A stretch of 57,606 nt of DNA, the filler included, from Sphacelaria rigidula (lineage: Eukaryota), in the NCBI GenBank assembly GCA_964200075.2. It is 6 parts of 6 records of this genome, joined end to end, with 100 filler letters (N's around TTAATTAATTAA, not from the genome) between each part and the next. Parts side by side here need not be neighbours in the genome. Positions count along the whole stretch, not along the records: positions 1 to 9,519 come from CAXNAA020008309.1; positions 9,620 to 19,137 come from CAXNAA020008310.1; 4 more parts are not named here. The stretch is one strand, 5' to 3'. Positions 1-12,760 of the stretch are shown piece after piece. The translations under genes and the position numbers were made by a program. Below the pieces are notes generated by a model. It was not told the DNA's origin. It saw only the letters and a list, made by a program, of their open reading frames with translations, and ran no database searches. Position 1 is the stretch's first letter; each line of letters opens with the position of its first letter.

Positions 1-108
1 GGTGGAGGTGTATCTATTAGGAGTAGGAACGGTGCTCCGTCTCGAAAGGGATGCGTGGTCAATGGTCAAACAGCTAAGACAAGCAACAAATGAGTACGCC
101 CCCACCCC
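1..108 (-). repeat. Dispersed modular repeat family A (fragment)
   Basis: Reverse complement of GTACTCATTTGTTGCTTG..TAG..GTTTGACCATTGACCACGCATCCCTTTCGAGACGGAG, also seen at ~21900-21972, ~48220-48292 and ~19735-19822. Confidence 0.85.
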
Positions 109-3060
109 AAACTGTTCTCTGAGATCTACATGTATTTTTTGCGAGAACTCGCAGGTTTTTGTGGGTTGCCTGATAAACTGTTTTTTGTTTTCTAGGCCGA
201 ATGTCAAACTAGGCGTAAAAAATGTGTCCAAAATGCGCTGGAATTTTCCCGGGTAGTACAGCAAATCTTCAAATCTTTCCGAGGTGGCACAATCTGCTAA
301 GCCACGTATTCCAGCCAACATTAGCGCTGAATCGCGAAATTAGCTTTATGGAGAGACTTTATCTCGTAGCACAAGAAGTGACCAGAAGCGCAATTCACTG
401 TCTGTAGGGTCCCTGTTGGGTGGCAATATTTCCCGAGAGATATCGATATGGGAGGCTGACAGCCCCAAGAGCGTCTCCGCGTGCGCACCATGCGTGTATG
501 CTCAAGTCTCAGGCTGCGGAGCCGATTATTACTTTGCCAAAGCACACTTCGCTGAGGGCATCCGATGCACCCCCGGTGCCCGAGGATTTTCCAACTGCCT
601 TGGGTTGAGGTTTAGATTGGCGTTGGCGTTGGCATTAGGCTTCAATGGAAACAATTATGTGAACCATGCAGTTTTGACGTCGAGCTTGCTTACACCCCTT
701 TCGTGGTCGGTACGGTATGGTTCGGTACGATGCGATATGATACGATACGATACGATACGATGTGGTGCGTGTAGCACAGTAGCGTGGACAAAATATCAAA
801 ACCGATCGCTGACACACATTCAGTGAGTAGTCCACGTTTAAACACGTGATCCACTTGAATCATTTTGCATCGCAGGCGAGCTGAGTTGTTATCCGTAAAG
901 AAGCCAATCGTGCTCAGGACACAATTCGCAATCTTACGCTTTCGAAACAGTGCGGAATAAGGGGTGCTATTGAACGTATACGGTTCAAAAGCACGTTTTT
1001 TCGGGTATAGCAGGAATGACCAGCCAGAACATGAGAAACACTGAATCACACAGCTTTGTTGCGATGATCGGGATCGATCCGGCCGAGCGAAATGATCAGG
1101 GAGCGACAACCTGGGATTAGACACTCGTAAAACCTTCGATGAGCGGTTAGTTCTCAAGTTCTTTATATTTATTCTGAATGATTTTACCGCCGGAATACAT
1201 GTTGGGTACCAATGCCTCTCGACTCTCGAAGGTGTGGGATCAAACAGTAACCTTGGTGAGTGGTGAGTGATGAGTGATGAGTGTTGGTAACGAAAAAGAC
1301 ATGAGAAACCGCTTCCAACTGACAAAAAAAGTATCCGCCGACTCTTCATACTACATCGTCACGAATAAAAAGCTACTCTGCAGGCATTGCGTTGAACGCC
1401 ATCTTGTGGCGGTACTGTACTTGTACTTTCGGTGGTAACTTGGTGATGACTGTCGGTGAGTGATGTTCATGTGTGTCCATTACTATTGAAACTTGTAGGT
1501 GACGAAAGTTTGAAGATTCCGCACGTGGCAGTTAGTTGTGGTCGACTCACCGCATGGCATCTTTGTACTCGTCAGGAGTGTTTCAAGAGCGAGGTGGACT
1601 CAGAATGCATCCCTGCACCCGAGGCTCAAGGACAAGAGTTGAAGTCTTTTCCCATGGATGCATTGCATGGCTTCGGAGTAGCACACGACAAGGTAAGGTG
1701 ATGAGGTAATGAGGTGGTGAGGTGATGAGGTGATGAGGTGACAGACAGGCTGTTCGTCGAGTATCAAGTCCGCGTGGCAATACTTTTTCAATTGTTTGAA
1801 ATGTTGGTTTATTAGTGACCATTGTGGCAACACCAGGCAGTGGCATGGCAATGGCGTTCACCGAAATCACTCTCGACATACACTACATCACTCTCCACAT
1901 ACACTACACTGCACTACACTACACTACACCGCACTGGATCCGTGCGAAGCGGTGTTAGTGTTGCGTAGTGGCGCTTGACCCCCATTGCCCGCAGGCACAC
2001 TTTCTCTTGTTCTGCGGGTGTTGTGACTGTCTCTAGTGTGGATCCCCCTGTGCCACAGGGTACATGGTCTGCATTGGGGCCAGTGTTAGACTTAGACTCG
2101 GGTTGGGGTCGGGTCGGGTTGGTGGGATGACCAACAATGGCGCAAGGGACCACCGTTTAGACAAGCGATAACACTTCGTACCGTATGGGTGGGATTAGTG
2201 ATTCTAGCATGCCCCAGCTGACTGTCGTTGCGTTCGTTCTTGTTATTGCTGTTCAAACTTCAGGTGTGGGATGGCTCTGTCGAAGATCCCCTAACAGGGT
2301 TGTGCAAATCACAGGGAACTCCAGATGAACAGGGCAGGTTAGTGCACACGTAAACCGAATACACGTAGCCAGCTGCAGACAATACAACGCACAGCTCTGT
2401 ATTTATGGAAGCTTGTTTGATAGTCTACCGGTATGTAGCAGCCTGGTCCTGGTGAAGAAAACTCGTACTTGAGCAACCGATGTCGAGGTTTTTCGACGAG
2501 GACAGGATTACTGGTCTTACCCTAGAACTACTTATTATGGGCGGGCCAAAATTATAAACCAATCAAATATGTGTATATCTTGGCCTTTTGGCGGCGATTT
2601 TTCGCGGAAAAAAGACTGCCAGCCGGATAATTATGCTCTACCTCGCATGGATGACTTGCTCTATTATGTGAGGGATTCCCGCGCTTACCTCGACGTCATT
2701 TGGTGCAAAGTGCATGCAGTTTGATGAATCGGGGAGGTTTGGATGACTTTGCGCGATTCTGCGCCTTTTTTTTTTCAGCCAGGGTGAAACTAGTTAAACT
2801 AAACTGCGCGCACCGGGAATCGCCATAGTGTGCCAGAATGCTCTCAGATCTCACATAGTAGGACATATTCTTCTGAGATGACATTGTCCACCTCGCTATC
2901 TTTCCCCTCTTCACGGGAAGGAGGAGCGCTGTCGATGAGCCAAAATAAGTACGGTTGATCCATGTGCACCTTGGTCCACAAAAAGCGGTATACTTCCTCT
3001 TGATTTTGAGGCATGATGTGTTATCTTCGCTTGCTACGTCCGTCATTTACGGCAATGCAA

Positions 3061-3116
3061 GGTTAGGGTTGGGGTTGGGGTTGGGGTTGGGGTTGGGGTT
3101 GGGGTTATAGGGTTAG
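3061..3116 (+). repeat. Interstitial telomere-like (GGTTAG/GGTTGG)n tract
   Basis: ggttagggtt(ggggtt)n...atagggttagg read directly. Confidence 0.85.
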
Positions 3117-3169
3117 GCCTCGAACTAGAGTTGATGACAAGGATACTTCCGAACTATGCACAGTGATTC

Positions 3170-3906
3170 ACCTTTGATTCACCTAAGGGAATCTGGCGCT
3201 AAAAGAGTTGGCCCTTTCCCCGCGAGGATGGGTCGTTCGGGGTTTGGAACTCATGTTTTAAGTAAAAACGATGCCAGTTCAAGAAATGATTGATGCTGAC
3301 AGACATATGTTGGCGATGACAAGCAGATGAAAGGGCCAACACCTGGCTGCCTGTGTAGCGTAGAGTAGTTTACTGTATTGCATGACAATTATACTATTAA
3401 TGCCATAACGACGTTCGCAGTCCGTACAGTCCATAGTGGACAGTGGACAGTCTATTGGTAAGCGTGAAGAGTCCCTGTAGTTTTGAAACAAGCTTCTACT
3501 GTACACGAGGGGTGGAGGCTGGTGACCAACAAGCGCAATCGGTATATCGATGTCGATACCCGTGGTATTAGTTGCACATTTTATTCAGCTCAAGTCCACA
3601 GCTGCTGAAATGGCATGTGATTGACTCTTCTATGCGTCGAAAGTCACTGCATGGGCTTGCATTTATTGGTTGATGAGAAGGTGTCTGTGTCTAACTGCTG
3701 TCGATGATTCCCCTCTCCCTACGATCTGCCTATCTGCAATGCAACACACGCTTGGTGGTATCGGCAAGATGTATCGTGGACTTCGTACCTCCGAAAGGCC
3801 TGTCTCCCGTGGCGCCTCTAATCTGTCCACAGTACGCCGGTGACGGGTGCTGCACGTGGCAGCAGAATTACGCCTTGTACTCCAACCTGGAAACACTGGT
3901 CGACAG
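3170..3906 (+). pseudogene. Degenerate Ulp1/C48 (SUMO)-peptidase-like coding region
   Basis: Motifs appear in Ulp1 order across frameshifts and an intron: LSPRGW (~3214-3232), FETSFY (~3482-3499), ESHCMGLHLLVDEK..DDS (~3639-3712; HW..D-S) and ICPQYAGDGCC (~3820-3855; PQ..C). Several stops are present. Confidence 0.45.
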
Positions 3907-4727
3907 GTGCGGTGATTTCATCACTTTTTCCCCACATTAACGGAGCCTCTACGAGTGGGGTGGTGATGACGAAATAGACGTTCATGGTCGGGGATAAATG
4001 AACAGACTCGCTCGCTCAAGGGAACTAAAACGAGTATCAAGAAGACAAGACAAGAGAAGAAATTTCGTGCTGCTTCTACTCCGCTCAAGCGTGATTGCTG
4101 CTGCCCTGCCCTGTATTCTGTAATTGTACCGTGATGAACTTGGTGGGAAAAAAATGGTGTTGCAGAACTTGATATTTGTCAGCTTGGGGCGAGCGAGTGA
4201 CAGCCAAGAGACACTTCATGTCTCCTCCTCTGATAGCGAGGCAATGGGGAGGACTCGGTACACATGCACAAGTGCTGCCGTACGTGACTGTTTGCATGTT
4301 TGGACTGTATGGCTGAATTAATAGACGAGAAAACGTTTTGTCTTGTACTCTGTAGTTGTGCCGCAACTTAATGTACTTTGAACTAAATTTAGTAACAGTG
4401 TACTTTGGTGCATGCCCGCATGAGCGCTGGGGCATCACGCAGTCTTTTCAACCGGGTGGAGTCGATGTTGTGGAATACACGTCCGACACCGTATATACTG
4501 TATGCACCACAAGCACGCAGCTGGGGTTTCTTCACACAGCCGGACCTTGTTATGTTGTCATGCGTACAGTACACATGACTTGAGGTGTTGTCTTCCCCGC
4601 TACCAACACTTACCAACACTTACGAATACCTGTCACGCTTCTCGACTACCCCTGCTTCCTCGCGTCCTGCTCACCTCTCACCTCTCCCTCGCTCCCTCGC
4701 CGTGCATACGTTAACACTGATTTATTC

Positions 4728-5644
4728 TTGAATGACGGGTGGCTCAGCTTCGGGTCTGCAACCGGATGCCTAGCTTGCGCCGTGAACCTGGTGAATTTCT
4801 GGTGTGCGTTAATTTGCTCTCCCGACCAAGCCTCGTTTGTCAAGATCCACGACCCTCCCTTCGCACAGGCAAGTCAGGTCGAGTCAACAAGCCCAGTGCA
4901 AATGAGCAGCGTAGTAGTCGCCCGTCACCGAGTCGAGTAGTGGAGAAAGACAGTACACATTACCTGACGTGCTTACTTTACAAACACCATGGTGAGTGGT
5001 TCAAGTCTGCTAGTTTCCATTTCAGTGTAGTCATACAGTGATGCAGTCATGTCCAGTAGTGTAGTTCTATTCAGGTAACCGAATACTCTACCGTCTAGCA
5101 GCGGTTGCTCTTCACGCAATATCGATTGCACCTCTTTACAGCGGCAGCGATCGTTGCTCCCATGGTGCGTCAGTTGTAGTGGAAGAAGTAAAGACGGGTA
5201 TTCCGCTTTTGTTTGTGATCAATCAATCAAGTAATCAAGCAACCACGGTGAATTGTGTCTTTTGCTTATTGCAGAGTGGGCAAATCTCCGCTTACTCAGA
5301 TGGTGCTGTCCATCAGTGTCCCATGTGTTGTTTCTGTTTCATCATATTTCACTTTGTCCGTCTTGTGCTTTGTTCGCTCTTACCGATTGCAGAGGACAGA
5401 CGACCTGACGGGGGGATCGGCCCTTGTGTTGCAAGCAGACGTGGACGTGGCGGCAGATCTGGCATGTCGCATCTACGACTCCTGTAAGAACGTTGCCATC
5501 GTGGGCGAGACAACGGCGATGCAATCGGGACTGGTGGGTCAAGATGGTCTTGCCTGTACATGCCTTTACCTTGGAGCCCTCCCAATTCCCAGCTCTGATC
5601 CTGTAATTATCAAAAAGGCAAATTGTGCGCATTTCTATCGTTAG
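4728..5644 (+). pseudogene. Second degenerate Ulp1-like peptidase region (multi-exon)
   Basis: LNDGWLS (4728), VKIHDPPF, then after AG acceptors CRIYDSC (~5465-5485) and GQDGLAC (~5537-5557). The catalytic His is not clearly seen. Confidence 0.3.
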
Positions 5645-7122
5645 AGCCCTTGCACAGCAGCACAACTAAAGATATTCCATCTCTACCATGTGTCTGGCGC
5701 ATCCTTTGTATTCACCAAGAGTATGTCGAGCTGCAGTTAAGATGAAACCTATTTGCTTCCACCGTGGACCACCCGACTGTTACTGTTGTTGTTATCACTA
5801 GTGCTGGTGCTAGTGTCCATCCACTCTCACAACCGAGTTACATACAGCGTTTGCGTGTGCGTGCGGCAGCTAAGGCTTTTCATCGTCCACTGATTTCTCA
5901 CTGTCCCGTCCTTCGCCTAAATAGGGTATGAGCCTCACGATTGTTTCCGTTGATGTGGGCAATGAAGTGTGCGACCAAGGGTGTCTATTAAGTGCGACGT
6001 AACGATTCAAGCAGCATAATTGTTCTTGGTGGTTATTGTAGTGACTCCATTCCTCAACAAATGCCTGACTGTGCCGTGTTTGCGCTCTGCTCCTCCCTGT
6101 CCTGCGTCTGTCACCTCCCTTGGTGCTACTGCAACATCTGTCGCAGGGGTTGTTGAAGTTCCAGATGCAAACCGGTGCGGTTGGGCACGGGGAATACTTT
6201 TTTCTTTCTTTCGGTGAGATGTGCTTGTCTGCTTCCTTCCGCTCTTCCGATAATTTCAAGTTCCCGTTATTACGTACCATTAGATTATGTATATTCCTTG
6301 CATTTTGGCGAGATATTTTCCCTCCATGTATTGAGACTTGTCTGATTTGGCGATGCGTGTCTCACTTACTTGGATAACGTGATATTAATAACGCGTTTTG
6401 GCCACCTGTATCGAGACCAAAATCGATATCACGGGGTATAGTCACCTGCAAGGGACAAGGCCAACAGTATCAGGTGATCAATATTCACTGTTGATATGGC
6501 GGCAACCTACGCGTGTGCTCTTGACGGAATATGTTTATATTCGTCCTAGCCGAGTTGTTTGAGGAAAAGATTGCGAGATGATTGCTGCCGCTTGTCCCCT
6601 ATGAGTACTGACTGCGGACAGCTTGCTGCAGCACGGCGTAATGTTACCGTACAAGAGTGTCTTCACTTAATAAAATGTGTGGTGTCACGAAGGTTGGATC
6701 CATGACTGAGCGCCTTCAATTGTTCCTCTGAACTCCGTATCTCCTGCTCAGCGAATGCCACCACAAGTGGTGAGCTCAGCCATCGTGACGAAACACGGGA
6801 TGCTGGAGCACATGGGATGTCTAGTGGAGTGACCGCAAGTGGAACGGAAAATGATGAGCCAAGTTCTGCTGCCGCAAGTGCTCTTGATCTGGACACATTA
6901 TCATGCGATGCTTTTTACGACCCGGGAAGCTCGACCATCCCGTTCCCCTACCCCCCTCCAGCGGAAGAACTCATGTCCTGCAGGTAGTGCTTGCCGTTAC
7001 GTCACAGTACATGTACTCGTGTGGTATTTGGTGCCATGTGGTGTGGTGTGGTGTGGTGTGGTGTATTGTACTGTAGAGTAGCTTCGTTACGTGACTTGTT
7101 TCTCTTAGGTATTGTGTTGTAG

Positions 7123-8860
7123 GTGAAGTGTATAAAAGGCGCGCGTTTAGTCGTGAAGTCCTTTGGTAGCGGTACTTTTGGGAGCTTCTTTCCGCTCTTC
7201 CGCGCCACTTGCCCTTGGTCATCGCATGGCTTTCGAGAATGAAGAGCGCGTGTGGTCACTGAGTACTACTGTTGAGGGTATAGTACCGGATACTGTCGTC
7301 GAGATTCTCATTTTTGATGTCACGCAGTCGCAGCTTACCGACCATACACTTTCAACCTCGAATTCGAGTAAAAGTGCGGCAGCGATGACATGTTGTGTTG
7401 AGCTTTGGAGGAGGCCTTGGCGCGATATGTCCCGCAGATTTGGTGGGTTATCTGTTTTTCAATCCGTTCAACCTCTTGGATTTGGTCACTTCCACTGCGA
7501 TTACTGCGACACTGACGATTTTTTTGCTTCAAGATCATGCGTTCATTCAAAGCAAGTTCATCACAAGAAGCTAGAGTGGGCGTCGCAGCATGGAGAATGA
7601 TTGAACTTGACCTCTGTACTTTACCGGTGGGTGGTCGAGTGAAGTGTCGATTGGGTGTGCTACTGCCTGTCCTGTCATCACCCAAATTGTGTACATCTGT
7701 GCTGCTGCGTACATACTCGATTGTCATCGCTACAACAGGTGTGACTATTGTGCTGCTGCATGCAGTGGAGGAGGTTCGATCGTGGTTGACGTGACCAATG
7801 AATCACCCATTCCAGTCCTGGACGGATTCGGTTTTGCGCTGGTGAGAGTGCCAATGGTTCTTTGTTGCACTTCCTGCTGTTCCACTGTGCGGCTGTATAT
7901 CTGTCTCATGGTTTTCGTTGTGACAAAGTTGGTTGAGGTTTGATACCTTCATCGCACAGAGTTGGTTGAGTCACCGTGAAGTGCATGGTGATGCTGCGGC
8001 GTTGCTCGGCAGAGTGACAAAAACAGTGATATCATACCTGGTCAAGTACGATGTTTCAACTCCAGACATGCATTTTTGGTTCAGCGCTTCGCTTGATCTC
8101 GCATGTGGACATCACTGAATATTAACGTTGTAGCACCTCTCGTTTCTTGGTCATTGCAGATATAAGCGAACACCTGGGATATCATCACTTTCCTTCTACA
8201 TTAGAGTTTTCATTTCATTATTGTCAACTAAAAAATTCCGCGTTCTATGCTGCTTTCGTGACGTCCAGCCACCAGATGTCAAGATGTGGTGCATAGCATA
8301 TACGATATCGTCACACGCACCAATGACTTTCCTGGCATCCAAGTGTTGCCTGCTGTCTTCAACATATACTCATGTATTCAATAAATATTTCTTGTTGGTG
8401 CACAGGTGGGGGGCGTGTACACCGCGGTAACGGCGTGCAGCTTGGCCCTCTTGTGGTGGCGACATAGACCCTTTGGAGAGCTCCGCAAGACGCCACATAG
8501 ACGAGGTGCTACTGCACGAACGCATGATATCCTAGTCTACTAGTGATGCATGGCCATCCATCGATGCGCGGCACCGGCATGTGTGGGTACAGAGTGCATG
8601 CGTGCATCCTGAGCCCGTCTGTAGACTGCGAGAGCAAGTGGGAGCATAGACGATTGCAGCTGCTTGAGCATGCATATATACTACTACTTCGAATGCTGGA
8701 ACATCCTCAGCAGGAAAAGTAGGCGCTTGCGTAGGACGTATCGTAGCATGGTAGGCCTGAATGTTGTAGCTCGCCGGATGCTCCATGGATTACTCTTGAT
8801 TAAGCGTTCCTCGGGCCCTGACTCCTACCTGGCTGCAGCCCGATTTCGACTGTGAATATC
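7123..8860 (+). mobile_element. Decayed KDZ/Zisupton-like transposase region (SWIM-like, CxC-like and catalytic-like motifs)
   Basis: FHCDYC..FASRSCVHS (SWIM-like, ~7490-7550). IPVLDGFGFALVRVPMVLCCTSCC (CxC-like, ~7810-7880). After an acceptor at 8405: GGVYTAVTAC..FGE..DILVY, IDARHRH (DxxH, ~8560) and FECWNILSRKSRRLRRTYRSM (catalytic-Glu-like, ~8690). Many stops and frameshifts. Confidence 0.45.
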
Positions 8861-9414
8861 CAAGAACACGATTCACCTTGATCACAGTGTGATGGCAGCG
8901 TCATCAATTTCTCGGACCTGCTCTCGCCACACCTACATGATTATACGGCACGAAGGAGGCCGTTGTGTTGATGATCTCTCTGTCTCACCGCCGCAAGGAA
9001 GCATTTCTCTCGGGATGCATGGCGCCACGAAATTGAAGCACTGTAGCAAACACAAAGACAAACTGGACAGTCGAGAAATGGCTAAATCGCGTGTTATCAT
9101 AGCGAGAAATGGGCGTGTTGTGGCGGGTGGTTTCGTTACAGTGTTATACTGCACGCGGTACTCAAACGCGCGGTCATTCTGAGGACATGTACAAAAAGGC
9201 CGGGAGACGACCACACAGATAAACACTCATACTCGACGGGGCTTAGTATCGCGAGATCGATGAATGACAACAGCACACTCGACCGGCTGAAAAATGGCGA
9301 AATCCCATGTGTTGGCGTAAAACGAGCGTGTTGTTGGCGGGTGTTCCACCGCAGCGTGATTTTTTGCGAGATGCTGAATGTCCAGTCGTGTTCAAGATAT
9401 GTACAGAAAGGCCA

Positions 9415-9519
9415 GACACTTTCTACGATAGCCCCCCCCCCAAAACCATCTAAAAGTGTCACAAAAAATTGGCCATACAGCGCCTGATGCTCAGGTTCAG
9501 GCTGCATGAAGCGCCTCAT
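9415..9519 (+). mobile_element. MITE family B, left part (truncated by contig end)
   Basis: Starts with TIR GACACTTTCTACGATAGCCCCC and matches 18307-18410. Confidence 0.9.
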
Positions 9520-9619
9520 NNNNNNNNNNNNNNNNNNNNNNNNNNNNNNNNNNNNNNNNNNNNTTAATTAATTAANNNNNNNNNNNNNNNNNNNNNNNNN
9601 NNNNNNNNNNNNNNNNNNN
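9520..9619. other. Artificial contig linker N44-TTAATTAATTAA-N44
   Basis: 100-bp spacer with a six-frame stop linker. It recurs identically five times. Confidence 0.99.
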
Positions 9620-10061
9620 CTGTACATTTGTCTAGGTTTTGGTGGCTTGTTTTACAGCGCCGTTGCCACTCGACGCCAACCCAAGAGTCTAGAGCTGGGC
9701 GGGGACCGAGGTGGGGGCAGAGACGGGAAGGTCCGGACCAGATACGCTTAATTTGGTGGCCGTGTCGGCGGTCCGCCGTCCACGAGATCTACTCAAAATC
9801 AAATCTCGAACTTGAACTGGTAAGATGGAGTCATTACAGGACGGTTCTATACCTGCTGCGAAAACCATGCGTTGGCCAGTTGCACGAAAATGATAATAGC
9901 CAACAGTATTCGTAGGCAGTCCATTACAAATTAAGTACAACGATTGTGGTTGCAAACTGCCCAGCACTGATGCATGGACTGCGGTCATCAGCCCACCCAT
10001 GCCTAAAACCGGCGTGTTTCTCAGTGAAAGTGGTGTGTAGAGACCTCTACATCCATTCCTG

Positions 10062-11816
10062 CTAATGAAATATACGATGTCTTCGGTGGGACGATTCACC
10101 GATAGGTTTAACCGGTGTGGGCAGGCGTGACAGAAAATCGGCGTTTGCGTTTTGCGGACCTATGCGATATTTCAACTGGAAGTCGTAAGACGACAGGATT
10201 TTGAACCAGCGTTGTACCCTAGCGTTGTATTCCGCCACTTTGGCGAGGCTTTCCAAATACTTATGATCCGTATAAATCACAAACGGGATGTCATACAAAT
10301 ACTGACACGGACGTCGCACGCCCCAAACAACTGGGCGGGCCTCTTGTTCCATGACAGTCCAATTCTGTTCATTTGGAAAAGTGGTTCGACTCGGATATAC
10401 ATTGTGACGAACAGTAGCATCGTCTTTCTCCTGTTCTAAAGTGCAGCCAAACCCAATTTCGGAAGAATCTGTGTAAAGTCAGAAAGGGCGTGAACCATGT
10501 ACCGCGGCCGACCAGTCGGGGGAGACGAGAATCGGTGGGCGCGGAAGGGTATCAAGAAGACGGCGGACAGTTTCTCCCTCCCATTTCCGATGTAAACACA
10601 AAGTCCACCCTTTTTTTGAGGAGGGTGGTGAAGAGTTTGAGCGTACAGTAGCATCGTCTTTCTCCTGTTCTAAAGTGCAGCCAAACCCAATTTCGGAAGA
10701 ATCTGTGTAGAGTCAGAAAGGGCGTGAACCATGTACCGCGGCCGACCAGTCGGGGGAGACGAGAATCGGTGGGCGCGAAAGGGTATCAAGAAGACGGCGG
10801 ACAGTTTCTCCCTCCCATTTCCGATGTAAACACAAAGTCCACCCTTTTTTTGAGGAGGGTGGTGAAGAGTTTGAGCGTTTGGGCAAGGTTTGGCAAGTAC
10901 TGTCTGTAGTAGCTGAACCCTCCCAACAAGGAACTCAGTTGAGGAATGTCCCGTGACATGGGCATATTGGTGAGTGCAGCAACCTTGTTGAGGTTTGGGC
11001 TACGACCTTCCGGGGTGATGCAATGACCCAGGAACTTAATCTTCGTGGTGCCGATGCGTAATTTGGATGGGGCAACCTTCAAGTTGTGTTGTCCAAACCG
11101 ACCAAAGAAAGATGCCAATTGTTCGACGTGTTCGGCCGGTGTGCCATCGTGGCACACCGCATCATCGAGGTACATGTATCATTTGGGCAATCCATCTGTC
11201 GCACGGAACATCACACGTTGAAACGCCCCTGGGGTTCCGGCGGCACCTTGTGGTGTTACCAGCCACTCGTACAAATCTGATGGTGCGCAGAACGCTGTCA
11301 GGTCAATGGAATTCGGATCCATCACGAGTTGATGGTAGACGGACTGCATGTCAAAGTTCGAAAACACTTTATACCCCCGTAACGATAGTAAAACATTTCA
11401 TCAATCGGTGGAAGAGGCAGACGGGTGATTTTGGTGACAGCGTTCAATCGTTGATAATTGACTGTCAGTCCGATTTTGTCGTTCTTCTTGCGGATGACTA
11501 CTTAAGGCGAGGCCCACGGAGACGTCGAGTGCTGAATTCAACCGGTGGATAAGTGATCGTCGAGAATTACTTCGATCCTATCCGCTAATGGGGGGTTCGT
11601 ACGGTACGGACGCATAGCGATAAGCGGTGTGCCATCTGGGATTTCGATTTCGAACGGTGTCGTGGTATATCGACCTACATCTAAAGGTGCAGTGGAAAAT
11701 CGTTTAAAACATCTCATCAAAATGGATGTTAAACTATTGATTACAGTGAGTGTCCAACCATCACCGTATAGATCAAAAACAATATGCCGCAAATGAGGGG
11801 AGATCTCATCCCACAA
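10062..11816 (-). pseudogene. pol: Gypsy pol: reverse transcriptase and RNase H (frameshifted)
   Basis: ORFs 11538-11816, 11179-11367, 10786-11175 (YLDD; KFLGH; LLGGFSYYRQYLPN) and 10062-10352. Confidence 0.92.
10411..10878. repeat. Tandem duplication, 2 x 234 bp, inside the RT/RNase H connection
   Basis: ACAGTAGCATCG...TTTGAGCGT at 10411-10644 and again at 10645-10878, nearly identical. Confidence 0.97.
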
Positions 11817-12226
11817 TCTTTGAAAACTGGCAATTTGTTGTGGGGAAATCAGTGCATTAATGCAGCTGAGGCTTCAGGTTCAGGTTCATCTACTGGGTCT
11901 GTCACCATCATAGGGTCAGGCATGTGTAGCGGAGGGGGAGGCGTGGTTGTCGGGGTGTTGGTTGACAAGTTAGAGTCCGCAGGGGGGCACACATCTGACA
12001 GCACAGCTCGTAGCAGAGACGCCTCAGCACAACCCAACAACTGTCCGTTGAGTATATCAAAAGATGCAGGGGACGTGAGGTAAATGGCTTGCCGGCCTTC
12101 ATGAAGAAATAATTCGGTCTGTTCGAACGAACCAACCTGTGATTGGTCAGATTTGAGCAATTCGACCAAATAATGTCCTGTGAGGGCGGGCGATCCATTG
12201 CGCCTCACGAGGTTCACATGGATAAG

Positions 12227-12760
12227 TTAGGGGTCACGGGAAAGCGAGACTACAGGTTCACCAACATAATACAAACGGAAAGCATTACCTGTTTGTGTAG
12301 GATAATTCTTGAAAGCATGAGCCCCCGAATCAGTGTCGAAGTGACCCAGTGACAGTTTGCCTGTGACTGGACGGTTCGAAACAGGTTTGTCCGACGTATA
12401 CGTGTGTGTGGAACGAAGCCAACTATCTCGACCCAACAAAACATATAAGACATGGAATCATCCGACACAATTAGGGCCCATGCGGATAATCGAGCGGTGA
12501 GAGTAATATCCTGGAAGAATTGTACTCTGAGTCTCACCGATCGATCAACCATAAGTAATGTTGAGGAACCAAACCCGTCAAAACCACGAGGGTGCACGGT
12601 GGGAAGACGATGCTCGCCCGCCGCTCCCGCATTGATCGTTTGTTGCCAGCAGCTGGCTGTAATGAACGTTTGAGGCGAACCTGAATCCGGTAGTGCAAGA
12701 GCTATGAAATGACAGTTTGCACGCGCTCCACTATGTAAACCTATCTTAGTCGTGAAAGAG
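12227..12760 (-). pseudogene. Gypsy aspartic protease
   Basis: HFIALALPDSGSPQTFI active-site motif, then LLGRDSW (C-terminal ILG-D motif) after a frameshift. Confidence 0.85.

Noticed and set aside
2625..2700. DNYALPRMDDLL resembling the gypsy RT motif DxYPLPRIDDLL
   Set aside because: No flanking RT motifs (DYR.LN, LD...YHQ, YxDD) are present, so it is probably chance.
9564..9575. Recurrent TTAATTAATTAA palindrome as a biological site
   Set aside because: It is always centred in an N44/N44 gap, so it is an assembly linker.
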